Of a stretch of 64,000 bases of DNA, positions 24,231 through 35,782 are shown piece after piece (within the stretch, counting starts at the first letter, position 1; every line of letters begins with the position of its first letter). The notes beneath the pieces were generated by a model. It did not search any database. It was not told the origin of the DNA and was given only the letters and a program-made list of their open reading frames with translations. The DNA comes from Candidatus Latescibacterota bacterium. GTDB lineage: Bacteria; Latescibacterota; UBA2968; UBA8231. The stretch is from assembly GCA_965223905.1 (NCBI GenBank), contig CBDCXV010000009.1, positions 192,001 through 256,000 on the forward strand, given 5' to 3'. The position numbers and the translations under genes were made by a program.

Positions 24231-26066
24231 ATGTCTGTGGCAACCTGTCCCAAACGCCTTCTGATACCCTTCCTCCTCGCCGCCGCGGCGCTTGCCGCAG
24301 AGGCCCAGCAGATCGAGCGCGGCCACGCCCTCGGCATCCACTCCGAGGTCAAGTACGGCCCCGACTTCCGGCACTTCGACTACGCGAACCCCGAGGCCCC
24401 CAAAGGGGGGGAGCTGCGGCTGGCGGTCGTCGGCACCTTCGACAACCTCAACCCGTTCATCCTCAAGGGGATAGCGGCCCAGGGCACGCGCATGATCTAC
24501 AGCCGCCTGTGCACGAAGTCACTCGACGAGCCGCTCAGCGAGTACGGGCAGCTCGCCGAGGTCATCGAGTGCCCCGCCGACCGCTCCTGGGTCACCTTCC
24601 ACCTGCGGCCGGAGGCGCGCTGGCACGACGGGGTCCCGGTCACCCCGGCGGACGTCATCTTCACCTTCGAGACGCTGATCACCAGGGGCACGCCGTTCTA
24701 CCGCAGCTTCTACGCCGACGTCGACACGGTGGAGCAGCTCGGCGAACACGCCGTGAGATTCCGCTTCGCACCCGGAACCAGCAACCGGGAGCTGCCCCTC
24801 ATCCTCGGGCAGCTGCGCATCCTTCCGGAGCATTACTGGCAGGGGCGCGACTTCGCCGGGACGACCCTGGAGCCGCCGCTCGGCAGCGGGCCGTACCGGA
24901 TCGCCGCGGTCGATCCCGGCCGCTCGATCACCTACGAGCGCGTCGCCGGCAACTGGGACGAGGAGCTTCCGGTGCAGCGCGGGCACCACAACTTCGGCAG
25001 GATTCGCTACGAGTACTACCGCGACGAGACGGTGGCGGTCGAGGCCTTCAAGGCGGGGGAATACGACCTGCGTTTCGCCGCCAGCGCCGGGGAGTGGGCC
25101 ACGGGCTACGACGTCGAGCCGGTGAAGCGGGGGCTGCTGGTTCGCGAGGCGATCCCCCACGAAATGATCCGCGGCATGAGCGGGTTCGTGTTCAACACCC
25201 GCCGCGAAAAATTCGCCGATCCCAGGGTGCGCGAGGCCCTGGCCTACGCCTTCGATTTCGAGTGGACGAACGCCACCCTGTTTTTCGACCTCTACCACCG
25301 GACGCGCAGTTACTTCGAGAACTCCGAGCTCGCCGCGACCGGCCTGCCGGAGGGGGAAGAGCTGAAGATCCTCAGCGGTTTTCGCGGCCGCGTGCCCGAA
25401 ACGCTGTTCAGCGAGCCGTACCTCCCGCCCTCGACGGAAGGGGGCGGCCAACTGCGGGCCAACCTGCGCACCGCCCGCGGCCTGCTCGCCGAAGCGGGGT
25501 GGCAGGTCGGGGAGGAGGGACTGACGCACCTCGAGTCGGGTGAGGTCATGGAGATCGAGTTCCTGCTCGTGCGCCCACTCTACGAGCGCGTCGTCGCCCC
25601 GATGCAGAAGAACCTCGAGCGCCTCGGCATCGACTCCCGCATCCGCACCGTCGACGCGGCGCAGTACTGGAACCGGCTGCAGCAGTTCGACTACGACGTT
25701 ATCGCGCGCTCGTGGAACCAGTACCTGAGCCCGGGCAACGAGCAGCGCAACTACTGGACGACGGCCTCGGCCGCGGCCCCCGGCAGCCGCAACTACCCCG
25801 GCATCAGGGATCCGGTGGTCGACGAGCTGGTCGAGCGCGTCATCTCCGCCCAGGACCGGGGGACGCAGGTGGCCACCGCCCGCGCCCTCGACCGCGTGCT
25901 GCTGTGGGGGCATTACGTGATCCCCCACTGGCACAGCCGCGAGCACCGCGTCATCTACTGGGACAAGTTCGGCCGCCCCGGGGTGCTGCCGAGAAACGAC
26001 CTCGCCCCGGTCCGCACCTGGTGGGTCGACCCGGTCAAAGAGGCGCGGCTGCGGGAGCGCCGCTGA
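24231..26066 (+). CDS. yejA: Oligopeptide/microcin C ABC transporter substrate-binding protein (second YejA-like copy)
   Basis: KYGPDFRHFDYANPEAPKGG; FDNLNPFILKG; PLGSGPY; FNTRREKFADPRVREAL; [15 protein letters not shown]. Confidence 0.88.
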   Translation: MSVATCPKRLLIPFLLAAAALAAEAQQIERGHALGIHSEVKYGPDFRHFDYANPEAPKGGELRLAVVGTFDNLNPFILKGIAAQGTRMIYSRLCTKSLDEPLSEYGQLAEVIECPADRSWVTFHLRPEARWHDGVPVTPADVIFTFETLITRGTPFYRSFYADVDTVEQLGEHAVRFRFAPGTSNRELPLILGQLRILPEHYWQGRDFAGTTLEPPLGSGPYRIAAVDPGRSITYERVAGNWDEELPVQRGHHNFGRIRYEYYRDETVAVEAFKAGEYDLRFAASAGEWATGYDVEPVKRGLLVREAIPHEMIRGMSGFVFNTRREKFADPRVREALAYAFDFEWTNATLFFDLYHRTRSYFENSELAATGLPEGEELKILSGFRGRVPETLFSEPYLPPSTEGGGQLRANLRTARGLLAEAGWQVGEEGLTHLESGEVMEIEFLLVRPLYERVVAPMQKNLERLGIDSRIRTVDAAQYWNRLQQFDYDVIARSWNQYLSPGNEQRNYWTTASAAAPGSRNYPGIRDPVVDELVERVISAQDRGTQVATARALDRVLLWGHYVIPHWHSREHRVIYWDKFGRPGVLPRNDLAPVRTWWVDPVKEARLRERR

Positions 26067-26429
26067 CCGGCCTTGCGGCGCAGTTTCGCAGCGAGGGGGA
26101 AAACCGCTATTTCGCGTTCGTTTCGAGGGTGGGAAGCCGGCGCAAAACCGAAGGGCCGGATTCCTCGAACATGCGCAAGGTCACCGGCCCAGGGCATCGG
26201 GAAACGCTTGCAGCCGGGAGATGAAACAGAGGCTCTCGCCGCCCGGGGGCCAGATTTGGCGATGGACGCATGCAGTCAGGGGGGCGGGGTTCGGTAGGCA
26301 GGGAACGGGCTGAGAACAGGTGGCAGGCAGACTCCCCCGACTCCGAGAGCAGACCCAAGGCGAAATGCCAGTGCTTCCTGGTGTGGTAAGGTAAAAGGAG
26401 ATAGTCAAAGGTTTTAGCGCCGCGCTCCG

Positions 26430-28045
<1,616 letters not shown>

Positions 28046-28049
<4 letters not shown>

Positions 28050-29161
28050 GAGCTTTCTCCCGGAAGGCCGGTCTCAGCCGCGGCGAAGGTCTTGCGCGGA
28101 TCGAAGGCGTCGCGCACCGCCTCTCCGATGAAGACGAGAAGCGACAGCATGACGGCCAGCGAGAAGAAGGCGGCGAAGCCGAGCCAGGGGGCCTGCAGGT
28201 TGCGTTTCCCCTGGTTGAGTAGCTCCCCCAGCGACGGCGACCCGGGAGGCAGGCCGAAGCCGAGGAAGTCGAGGGAGGTCAGCACCGTGACCGAGCCGGT
28301 GAGGATGAAGGGCAGAAACGTCAGCGTCGAGACCATGGCGTTCGGCAGCACGTGCCGCCACATGATGCGCCGGTCGCTCTGCCCGAGGGCCCGGGCGGCC
28401 TTGACGAAGTCGAAGTTGCGGGCCCGCAGGAACTCGGCGCGGACGACCCCGACCAGCCCCATCCAGCGGAACAGCAGAAGCAGCCCCAGCAGCCACCAGA
28501 AGTTCGGCTCGACCACGCTCGCCAGGATGATCAGCAGGTAGAGCAACGGAAGCCCCTGCCAGATCTCGATGAAGCGCTGGAAGACCAGGTCGACCCAGCC
28601 GCCGAAGTACCCCTGTACGGCGCCGGCGGCGATGCCGGCCGCGGCGCTGAAGAGGGTCAGCAGGAGGCCGAACAGCACGGAAATCCGGTACCCGTAGATC
28701 AGGCGCGCGGCGACGTCGCGCGCCTGATCGTCGGTGCCGAGCCAGTTGCCGCCGTCCGGAGGGGAAGGGGCAGGCTGCGCGAGGCCGTAGTTGACGGTGT
28801 CGTAGCTGAAGGGAATGGGGGGCCACAGGATCCAGCCCCGCTCCTCGATGAGCCCGGCGACGAACGGGTCGCGGTATTCCGCCTCGGTCTCGAAGTCGCC
28901 GCCGAAGGCGGTCTCGGGGTAGGTGGCCAGGACGGGGAAGTACCAGGAGCCGTCGAACCTCACCAGGAGGGGGCGGTCGTTGGCGATGAACTCGGCCGGC
29001 AGGCTGAGGGCGAACAGGAACCAGAAGACCCGGTTGCTCCAGAAGCCGCGGCGGTTGCGGCGGAAGTTGGCGAGCCGGCGCTGATTGAGCCGCGACAGCC
29101 GCATCCCGAGGAAGCGCGCTTCCGCTTCGGCGGGCGGCGATGCTGTGGTTCCGGCGCTCAC
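28046..29161 (-). CDS. yejE: Peptide ABC transporter permease
   Basis: [10 protein letters not shown]; [11 protein letters not shown]; [21 protein letters not shown]; [14 protein letters not shown]. Confidence 0.92.
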
Positions 29162-30255
29162 AGCTCGCGGCTCTCGAAGTCGATGCGCCGGTCGACGAGG
29201 GTGTAGGTCAGGTCCCCCACCAGCTGCATCACCAGTCCGAGGAGGGTGAAGAAGTAGAGGGTCGCGAACATCACCGGGTAGTCGCGCCCGATCGCCGCTT
29301 CGTAGCCGAGAAGCCCGAGGCCGTCGAGGGAGAAGATGATCTCAGTCAGCAGCGCCCCGGTGAAGAAGATGTCGACGAAGGCGCTCGGAAAACCGGCGAT
29401 GACGATGAGCATGGCGTTGCGGAAGACGTGGCCGTAGAGGACGCGGCCCTCGCTCAGCCCCTTGGCGCGGGCGGTGACCACGTACTGCTTGTTGACCTCG
29501 TCGAGGAAGGAGTTCTTGGTCAGCAGCGTCAGTCCGGCGAAGCCGCCGATCACCATGGCGCAGACCGGCAGCGCCAGGTGCCAGAAATAGTCGGCGATCT
29601 TGTTCAGGAAGCCGAGCTCCTCCCAGTTGGAGGAGACCAGCCCGCGCAGGGGAAACCAGTCGAGGTAGTGGCCGCCGGCGAACAGCACGATCAGCAGGAT
29701 GGCGAACAGGAAGCTCGGAATCGCGTAGCCGACGATGACCACCGCGGAAGTCCAGACGTCGAACCGCGTCCCGTCCCTGACTGCCTTGGCGATTCCGAGG
29801 GGGATGGAGATGCAGTAGACGAGCAGGGTCGTCCACAGCCCCAGCGAGATCGACACCGGCATCTTTTCCCGGACGAGGTCGACGACGCGCCGGTCGCGGT
29901 AGAAGCTCTCGCCGAAGTCGAAGGAGACGTACTGCACGACCATCTGCCGGAAGCGCTCGTGGGCCGGCTTGTCGAAGCCGTACATGCGTTCCAGCTCGGC
30001 GATCAGGTCGGGGTCGAGGCCCTGGGCGCCGCGGTACTTGCCGGCCGCTTCCCCGGCGCCGAGGGCGTCGAGCGTCTCCCCTTCGCCGGCGCCGCTCACC
30101 CGCGCCGTGGCATCCGGCGCGTGCCCCTGGATGAGGGCGATCGCCTGCTCCACCGGCCCGCCGGGGGCTGCCTGGATGACGAGGAAGTTGACGAACATGA
30201 CGCCGAACAGGGTCGGCACCATGAGCATCAGCCGCCGCAGGATGTAGGCGGTCAT
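29158..30255 (-). CDS. yejB: Peptide ABC transporter permease
   Basis: [16 protein letters not shown]; [10 protein letters not shown]; YRGAQGLDP; [23 protein letters not shown]. Confidence 0.93.
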   Translation of the reverse strand: MTAYILRRLMLMVPTLFGVMFVNFLVIQAAPGGPVEQAIALIQGHAPDATARVSGAGEGETLDALGAGEAAGKYRGAQGLDPDLIAELERMYGFDKPAHERFRQMVVQYVSFDFGESFYRDRRVVDLVREKMPVSISLGLWTTLLVYCISIPLGIAKAVRDGTRFDVWTSAVVIVGYAIPSFLFAILLIVLFAGGHYLDWFPLRGLVSSNWEELGFLNKIADYFWHLALPVCAMVIGGFAGLTLLTKNSFLDEVNKQYVVTARAKGLSEGRVLYGHVFRNAMLIVIAGFPSAFVDIFFTGALLTEIIFSLDGLGLLGYEAAIGRDYPVMFATLYFFTLLGLVMQLVGDLTYTLVDRRIDFESREL

Positions 30256-30337
30256 TCGGTGGGCTGTCCCATCAGTCGCCTTGGGTGCCGGCGCTCCGGC
30301 CGCGGAATTCCGGCACTCTGTTTCCGGGGAAGGGACA

Positions 30338-32167
30338 CTACTCGGTCTTCTGCAGCCGAGACGCTTTCTCCGCGTCGTACCACCAGGTCAGCGGCAGCAC
30401 GAACAGGTCTCCGGTGTACGGGGCGGTCTTTGCGGGCCGCCCGAACTTGTCCCAGCGCAGGGTGCGGAAGGCGTTGATGTGCCAGTGGGGGATGACGTAG
30501 TGCCCCCACAGCAGCACCCGGTCGAGGGCCCGGGTCAGGGCGATCAGCTCGGCCCGGTCCGGGGCGGCGATCAGCCGGTCGACCAGCTCGTCGACCACCG
30601 GGTCGGCGATGCCGGCGAGGTTGCCGCTGCCGGGCTTTGCGGCCGCGGCCGTCGTCCAGTAGTTGCGCTGCTCGTTGCCCGGGCTCAGGCTCTGGGCCCG
30701 CACCGTGGTGACGATGTCGAAGTCGAACTCCTGGACCCGGTTCTGGTACTGGGCGTCGTCGACGGTGCGGATCCGCGCCGCGATCCCGAGGCGCTCGAGG
30801 TTGCCGATCACCGGGGCGACGATCCGCTCCCAGCTCGGGCTGCCCAACAGGAACTCGATCTCCATCGCCTTCCCGGTCTCCGCGTGCGCCAGGGTGCCGT
30901 CGGCGACGCTCCAGCCGGCCTCCTTCAGAAGCCGCGTCGCTTGGCGCAGGTTGCCGCGGATCTGCCCCGAGCCGTCCGTTTTCGGCGGATCGTAGGCCTC
31001 GCCGAACACCTCGTCCGGGATCCTGCCGCGGTACTCCTCGAGGATCTCCAGCTCGCGGCCCGACGGCGTTCCCGAGGAGGCGAGCTCGGAGTTCGAGAAG
31101 AAGCTTTTCGTGCGGGTGTACTGGCCGTAGAACAGGTTGGCGTTGGTCCATTCGAAGTCGAAAGCGTGCCCCAGGGCCTGGCGCACCTTGGGGTCGGCGA
31201 ACTTCGCCCGCCTGGTGTTGAACCAGAAGGCCTGCATGCCGGTCGGCCTCTGGTGGGGGATCAGCTCCTTTATCAGCCGGCCCTCGCGGACCGCGTCGAC
31301 GTCGTACGCGGTCGCCCAGTCCTTGGAGGTGTTCTCCGAGCGGTAGTCGAACTCCCCCGCCTTCAACGCCTCGAGGGCCACCGTCTGGTCGCGGTAGAAG
31401 TCGAAGTGTACCCGTTCGAAGTTGAAGCGCCCCTTGTTGACCGGCAGGTCGCGGCCCCAGTACTCCTCGATCCGCTCGTAGGTGATGAAACACCCCGCCT
31501 CGATCGCGGCGATCCGGTAGGGCCCGCTGCCCGGGGGCGGATCGAGGGTCGTCTCCTCGAAGTCGCGGCCTTCCCAGTAATGTTTCGGCAGCACCGGGAA
31601 CTGCCCGGCGATCATGGGAAGCTCCCGGTTGAGTTCGCCGCCGAAGCTCATCTTCACCCGGCGCGGGCCTATCTTTTCGGCGCTCTCGATGTTCTCGTAG
31701 TAGGCGCGCCATCCCGGGTGCCCCTTGGTCTGTAGAACCTGCAGCGAGTAGACGACGTCTTCCGCGGTGACCGGTTTGCCGTCGTGCCAGCGGGCTTCCT
31801 CGCGCAGGTCGAAGATCACCCAGCGCCCTTCGGCGTCGATCTCGATGCTCGCGGCGAGGCGGCCGTACTGCGAGAACGCCTCGTCCTCGGCGCGTTCGAA
31901 CAGCGGCTCGTAGAGGAGCGGGCTCATCCTCGGCGGGGAGATCCCCTTGAGTACGAACGGATTGAGGCTGTCGAAGGTGCCGATGGTTCCGAGCCGGATC
32001 TCCCCTCCCTTCGGAGCCTGGGGGTTCACGTACTCGAAGTGGGTGAAACCGGGACCGTACTTGAGGTCGCCGTGCAGGGCGACGCCGTGGCCGGTGTAGT
32101 TCTCAGCGGTCAGAGGGATAGCAGCGGCCAGCGTCCCGAGAACGGCTGTCAGTAATTTCATCTTCAT
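30338..32167 (-). CDS. yejA: Peptide ABC transporter substrate-binding protein
   Basis: Signal peptide; [29 protein letters not shown]; first gene in yejABEF order. Confidence 0.92.
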   Translation of the reverse strand: MKMKLLTAVLGTLAAAIPLTAENYTGHGVALHGDLKYGPGFTHFEYVNPQAPKGGEIRLGTIGTFDSLNPFVLKGISPPRMSPLLYEPLFERAEDEAFSQYGRLAASIEIDAEGRWVIFDLREEARWHDGKPVTAEDVVYSLQVLQTKGHPGWRAYYENIESAEKIGPRRVKMSFGGELNRELPMIAGQFPVLPKHYWEGRDFEETTLDPPPGSGPYRIAAIEAGCFITYERIEEYWGRDLPVNKGRFNFERVHFDFYRDQTVALEALKAGEFDYRSENTSKDWATAYDVDAVREGRLIKELIPHQRPTGMQAFWFNTRRAKFADPKVRQALGHAFDFEWTNANLFYGQYTRTKSFFSNSELASSGTPSGRELEILEEYRGRIPDEVFGEAYDPPKTDGSGQIRGNLRQATRLLKEAGWSVADGTLAHAETGKAMEIEFLLGSPSWERIVAPVIGNLERLGIAARIRTVDDAQYQNRVQEFDFDIVTTVRAQSLSPGNEQRNYWTTAAAAKPGSGNLAGIADPVVDELVDRLIAAPDRAELIALTRALDRVLLWGHYVIPHWHINAFRTLRWDKFGRPAKTAPYTGDLFVLPLTWWYDAEKASRLQKTE

Positions 32168-32198
32168 CGTCGGTTTCTGTGCTGAGTGGGTGATGCGC

Positions 32199-33065
32199 CT
32201 ACACCGGCATCTGGCGGCGCGTGTGTCTCCTGCCGATGGTGGCGGTCTCTTCGGAGGTGCTGATGATCCGCACCCCCTCGTCGATCGCCTCCCTGATGTT
32301 TTCCTCGCCGGCGCCGTCGAGAAAGGCGAGGCCGTTGGCGTCGCAGGCCGCCTTCACCCGGTCGCGTATTTCCAGCATCTCGCCGGAAAACGGCTGGCTG
32401 CGGATTATCTCACCGTGCGACCAGTGGTTGTCTCCCGGCCCCCATTCGGCAAATGCGATCCCCGGCACCTCGAGCGTCTCTTCGACGTTCTCCACCGCCC
32501 TCCGGTTCTCGATCTTGAGGCCGAGCACCAGCTCCCCTTCCGGGTTGAGAGGCCAGAAATCGGCGAGGCGGAGGTACTCGTCCACCGGCACGCCCCAGAT
32601 CGCCGCGGCCGAGCCCTGTCCGCCGTTGCCGCGCCGCCCCTGGCGGACCCGGTCCCGGGCCACCGTCTGGAAGGAGTAGCGGCACTCCTCGACGAGGGCG
32701 GCGACCGCGCCGGGGGATTCGGCGTGGCAGAGCAGGATCCCGTGAACGCCGCGGTCGAGCACCTGCTCAAACACCCAGGCGTTGGCGCGCACCACCGCCT
32801 CGCTCGATCCGTCCGGGGGAAGATCGGCGATCACCGCCGGCGTCGGATGGCCGCTACGCGCCGGGCCCGCCGCCTTCAGGCCTTTCATGAAACTGTCGAG
32901 CCCGGGCAGGTCGAAGGTGCCGTGCTCCATGCTGACGTTGATGTAGTCGGCGTGGGTGCCGGCCATCTCCAGGCCGGCCTCGTAGCTGACGGCGCTGAAG
33001 CCGGTGTAGTAGACCGGCTGGTCCTGCTCCAGCAGCTCGATGACGCGGTTGATCCGCTTCGGCAT
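32199..33065 (-). CDS. HpcH/HpaI aldolase/citrate lyase family protein (divergent)
   Basis: ADYINVSMEHGTFD; VLDRGVHGILLCHAE; GLKIEN; AEWGPGD. Confidence 0.75.
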   Translation of the reverse strand: MPKRINRVIELLEQDQPVYYTGFSAVSYEAGLEMAGTHADYINVSMEHGTFDLPGLDSFMKGLKAAGPARSGHPTPAVIADLPPDGSSEAVVRANAWVFEQVLDRGVHGILLCHAESPGAVAALVEECRYSFQTVARDRVRQGRRGNGGQGSAAAIWGVPVDEYLRLADFWPLNPEGELVLGLKIENRRAVENVEETLEVPGIAFAEWGPGDNHWSHGEIIRSQPFSGEMLEIRDRVKAACDANGLAFLDGAGEENIREAIDEGVRIISTSEETATIGRRHTRRQMPV

Positions 33066-33188
33066 GTTCAGCTCCTCGTATGGGACGGTGGTTGACGTAG
33101 GGCGGAAGCGGCCGCGGCGTCAACCTGGATGGCCCGCAGGGGCCGGCTTAGATTCCCGCCTCTTCCCAACGAAACCAGCGAGACATCC

Positions 33189-34145
33189 ATGAAAATCCTC
33201 GTGAATGCCGATCTCATCGACGTCGACTGCGCCCTCCTCGACAAGGTGCGCGCCGCAGCCGGCGACTTCGAAGTGATCGTGACCACGGACGCCGACCGCA
33301 TCGAGCAGGTGATCCCCGACGTCGAAGTCGTGCTTGGCGGAATCGGCCCCGGTCTCCTCCCCAAGGCCCCGAATCTGCGCTGGGTTCAGAGCCCGGCCGC
33401 CGGCGTCGACGCCGCTCTCTATCCCGAGTTCGCAGACAGCGAGGTGCTGCTGACCAGCGCCAAGGGGTTCGTCGGCGTGCACCTGGCCGAGCACGCCATG
33501 GGCCTGCTCCTCGCCGTGACCCGCGGCATCGGCTGGGCGGTGCGCGCCCTCGACTGGGAGGTGAAGTGGCCGATCCGCAACAGCTCCCTTGAGCTGTGGG
33601 GCCTGACCATGGGGATCGTCGGCCTCGGCGGAACCGGGCGCGAGCTGGCCAAAAGGGCGCGCGCCTTCGAAATGCGCGTGATCGCCGTCGACCCCGAAGC
33701 GGTCGACCTTCCCGGGGAGGTGGAGGCCTGCTGGAGAATGGACCGCTTCCACGACCTCCTCGAGCAGTCTGACGTCGTCGCCATCTGCGCCCCCCTGACG
33801 CCGGAGACCGCGGGCTTGTTCGACAGGGACGCCTTTCAACGGATGCGGCGCGGCGCCATCCTGGTGAACGTGACACGCGGCGGGATCATGGATGGTCCGG
33901 CGCTGATCGAGGCGTTGGAGCAGGGGTGGATCGGCGGCGCCGGGCTGGACGTCACCCCCGAAGAGCCATTGCCGCAGGACAACCCGCTGTGGCGGATGAA
34001 GAACGTCGTCATCACCCCGCATACCGCCGGGGCTTCCCCCAACCGCGACCGGCGTGCCGTAGAGCAGTTCTGCGAGAACCTGCGGCGCTACATCGCCGGG
34101 GAACGGCCGCTGATCGGCGAAATCGACAAGAGCAAGGGGTACTGA
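33189..34145 (+). CDS. D-2-hydroxyacid dehydrogenase
   Basis: GIVGLGGTG; LVNVTRG; GAGLDVTPEEPL; ITPHTAG (R/E/H triad). Confidence 0.92.
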   Translation: MKILVNADLIDVDCALLDKVRAAAGDFEVIVTTDADRIEQVIPDVEVVLGGIGPGLLPKAPNLRWVQSPAAGVDAALYPEFADSEVLLTSAKGFVGVHLAEHAMGLLLAVTRGIGWAVRALDWEVKWPIRNSSLELWGLTMGIVGLGGTGRELAKRARAFEMRVIAVDPEAVDLPGEVEACWRMDRFHDLLEQSDVVAICAPLTPETAGLFDRDAFQRMRRGAILVNVTRGGIMDGPALIEALEQGWIGGAGLDVTPEEPLPQDNPLWRMKNVVITPHTAGASPNRDRRAVEQFCENLRRYIAGERPLIGEIDKSKGY

Positions 34146-34153
34146 AGAGAACC

Positions 34154-34999
34154 ATGATCGGTACCGTCGCCATCTCGAGCCCTGGGGAGATGGGCCACGC
34201 CGTCGCCAAGGTCCTTGTCGACCGCGGCCTGCCGGTGATCGCCTGCTTGGAGGGCCGCAGCGAACGCTCGCGCGAGCGCGCCGCCGCGGCCGGCATCGAG
34301 GCGGTTCCCACCCTCGCCGAGGTCGCGCGGCGGGCCGGCATCTTCCTGTCCATCCTGCCGCCGGCGCACGCCCACGAGATGGCGCGGCAGGTCGCCGCCA
34401 CCGGCGAGCCGATCACCTACGTCGACTGCAACGCCGTCTCCCCGGAGACTGCGGTCGCCATCGGTGCCACCGCCGCGGCGGCCGGGCTCCCGTTCGTCGA
34501 CGCCGGTATCGTCGGCCCCCCTCCCCTGAAGGAAGGAGTCACCCGTTTCTACGCCTCCGGGGCGGTAGTCAACGAGTTCGCGGCGCTATCGCGGTACGGC
34601 CTCGACATCCGCGTGGTAGGGGACCGGATCGGCCAGGCCTCGGGCCTGAAGATGTGCTACGCCGCGCAGACGAAGGGACGCTACGCGATCTTCATCGAGT
34701 CCCTGGTGGCGGCCCATCGCCTCGGCTGTTTCGAGCTGCTCGTCGAAGAGCTCAAGTCGAGCCAGGCGGCGACCTGGGCCGACACCGGGAAGGCGGTCCC
34801 GAACATCCCTCCGAAAGCGGGCCGCTGGATCGCCGAGATGGAGGAGATCGCCGCCACCTTCTCAGGGGCCGGCATGACCGAACGGATCTTCCTCGGCGTC
34901 GCCGACATGTACCGCGCCGTCGACGGAGCCGGTCCGGACGACCTCGACGGACTCGAGATCGAGAAGCTGATCGCGCGCCTCGCCCGCGACATGCAATGA
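34154..34999 (+). CDS. NAD(P)-dependent oxidoreductase, 6PGD/DUF1932-like
   Basis: SPGEMGHAVA; YVDCNAVSP; FVDAGIVGPPP; ASGLKMCYAAQTKG; KAGRWIAEMEEIAATF. Confidence 0.85.
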   Translation: MIGTVAISSPGEMGHAVAKVLVDRGLPVIACLEGRSERSRERAAAAGIEAVPTLAEVARRAGIFLSILPPAHAHEMARQVAATGEPITYVDCNAVSPETAVAIGATAAAAGLPFVDAGIVGPPPLKEGVTRFYASGAVVNEFAALSRYGLDIRVVGDRIGQASGLKMCYAAQTKGRYAIFIESLVAAHRLGCFELLVEELKSSQAATWADTGKAVPNIPPKAGRWIAEMEEIAATFSGAGMTERIFLGVADMYRAVDGAGPDDLDGLEIEKLIARLARDMQ

Positions 35000-35173
35000 G
35001 AGTGGGGGCAAGGGAGGGGCGGCTGGAGTGCAGGCGGACGAACCGCCGGCCACCGCATCTGCGAAGTCAGTGAAGAGCAAGTGCCTGAACGCTTCGAATC
35101 CAGCGTTGGATCGGCTGTCAGAAGGGAGAAACGGTGAAGGTGAGAACAGGGTTCCTTTACAAGAGACACCTTT

Positions 35174-35782
35174 TCAGCTCAAACCGGAGCATGCGCGGAT
35201 CAAGCTGTCGATCTCCCGATAGCACTTGTCGAAAGAATCGGCGTCCCGCGCCAGTTGCATATCGAACTGCTGTGCCATGGCCGGCTGGTCAGTAGTCTCC
35301 GCGTAAGGCTGGTGGGGAGGCATGTGCCGGCTGAGCCATTCCTTGGCGCCCCGGATCTCCTCGGGATCAGGTGGGGGTTCGAGATCGTCCGGTAGCCGGC
35401 AAACACCCCGCAATGACCTGGCTGCGGCGATGAACCAGGCCTCGAACTCCTTGCTTGCCAAAACGACAGAAACAATGAGGTCATTCCTCGCCATCTGACC
35501 TCGAAGCAGTAGGGCTGGTCCATCTTCCGCAGGGCAAGCATCGTCTGTGTCCGAGTCCAGCAGAATCAGAATGGCGCCATCGGGAGCAACGGAGCGTCCG
35601 GCGAATTCCACCTGACGCTCAAGCTCACCCGTTCGCACCAGACGCGACGCAGGCACTCGCAGTACTGGATTAATGCTGACATAGAGTGAGGGATCGACTT
35701 CTGCCGCAATTCGCCGCACAAGGATCGGAACAGCTTCTCTCTCCCCGTGACCGTCGACGATGAGAGCAATTTTAACGGGCGT
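35174..35782 (-). CDS. DUF4276-like (TOPRIM-related) protein; expected start codon reads ACG
   Basis: (T)PVKIALIVDGHGEREAVPILVRR; ILLDSD; KEFEAWFIAA; PEEIRGAKEWL; YAETTDQPAM; SFDKCYR; overlaps the ATPase stop. Confidence 0.8.
   Translation of the reverse strand, partial: TPVKIALIVDGHGEREAVPILVRRIAAEVDPSLYVSINPVLRVPASRLVRTGELERQVEFAGRSVAPDGAILILLDSDTDDACPAEDGPALLLRGQMARNDLIVSVVLASKEFEAWFIAAARSLRGVCRLPDDLEPPPDPEEIRGAKEWLSRHMPPHQPYAETTDQPAMAQQFDMQLARDADSFDKCYREIDSLIRACSGLS

Noticed and set aside
35085-35110. tRNA 3' fragment or att site (TTCGAATCC)
   Set aside because: Only a short hairpin; no cloverleaf and no matching repeat at the other side of the cassette
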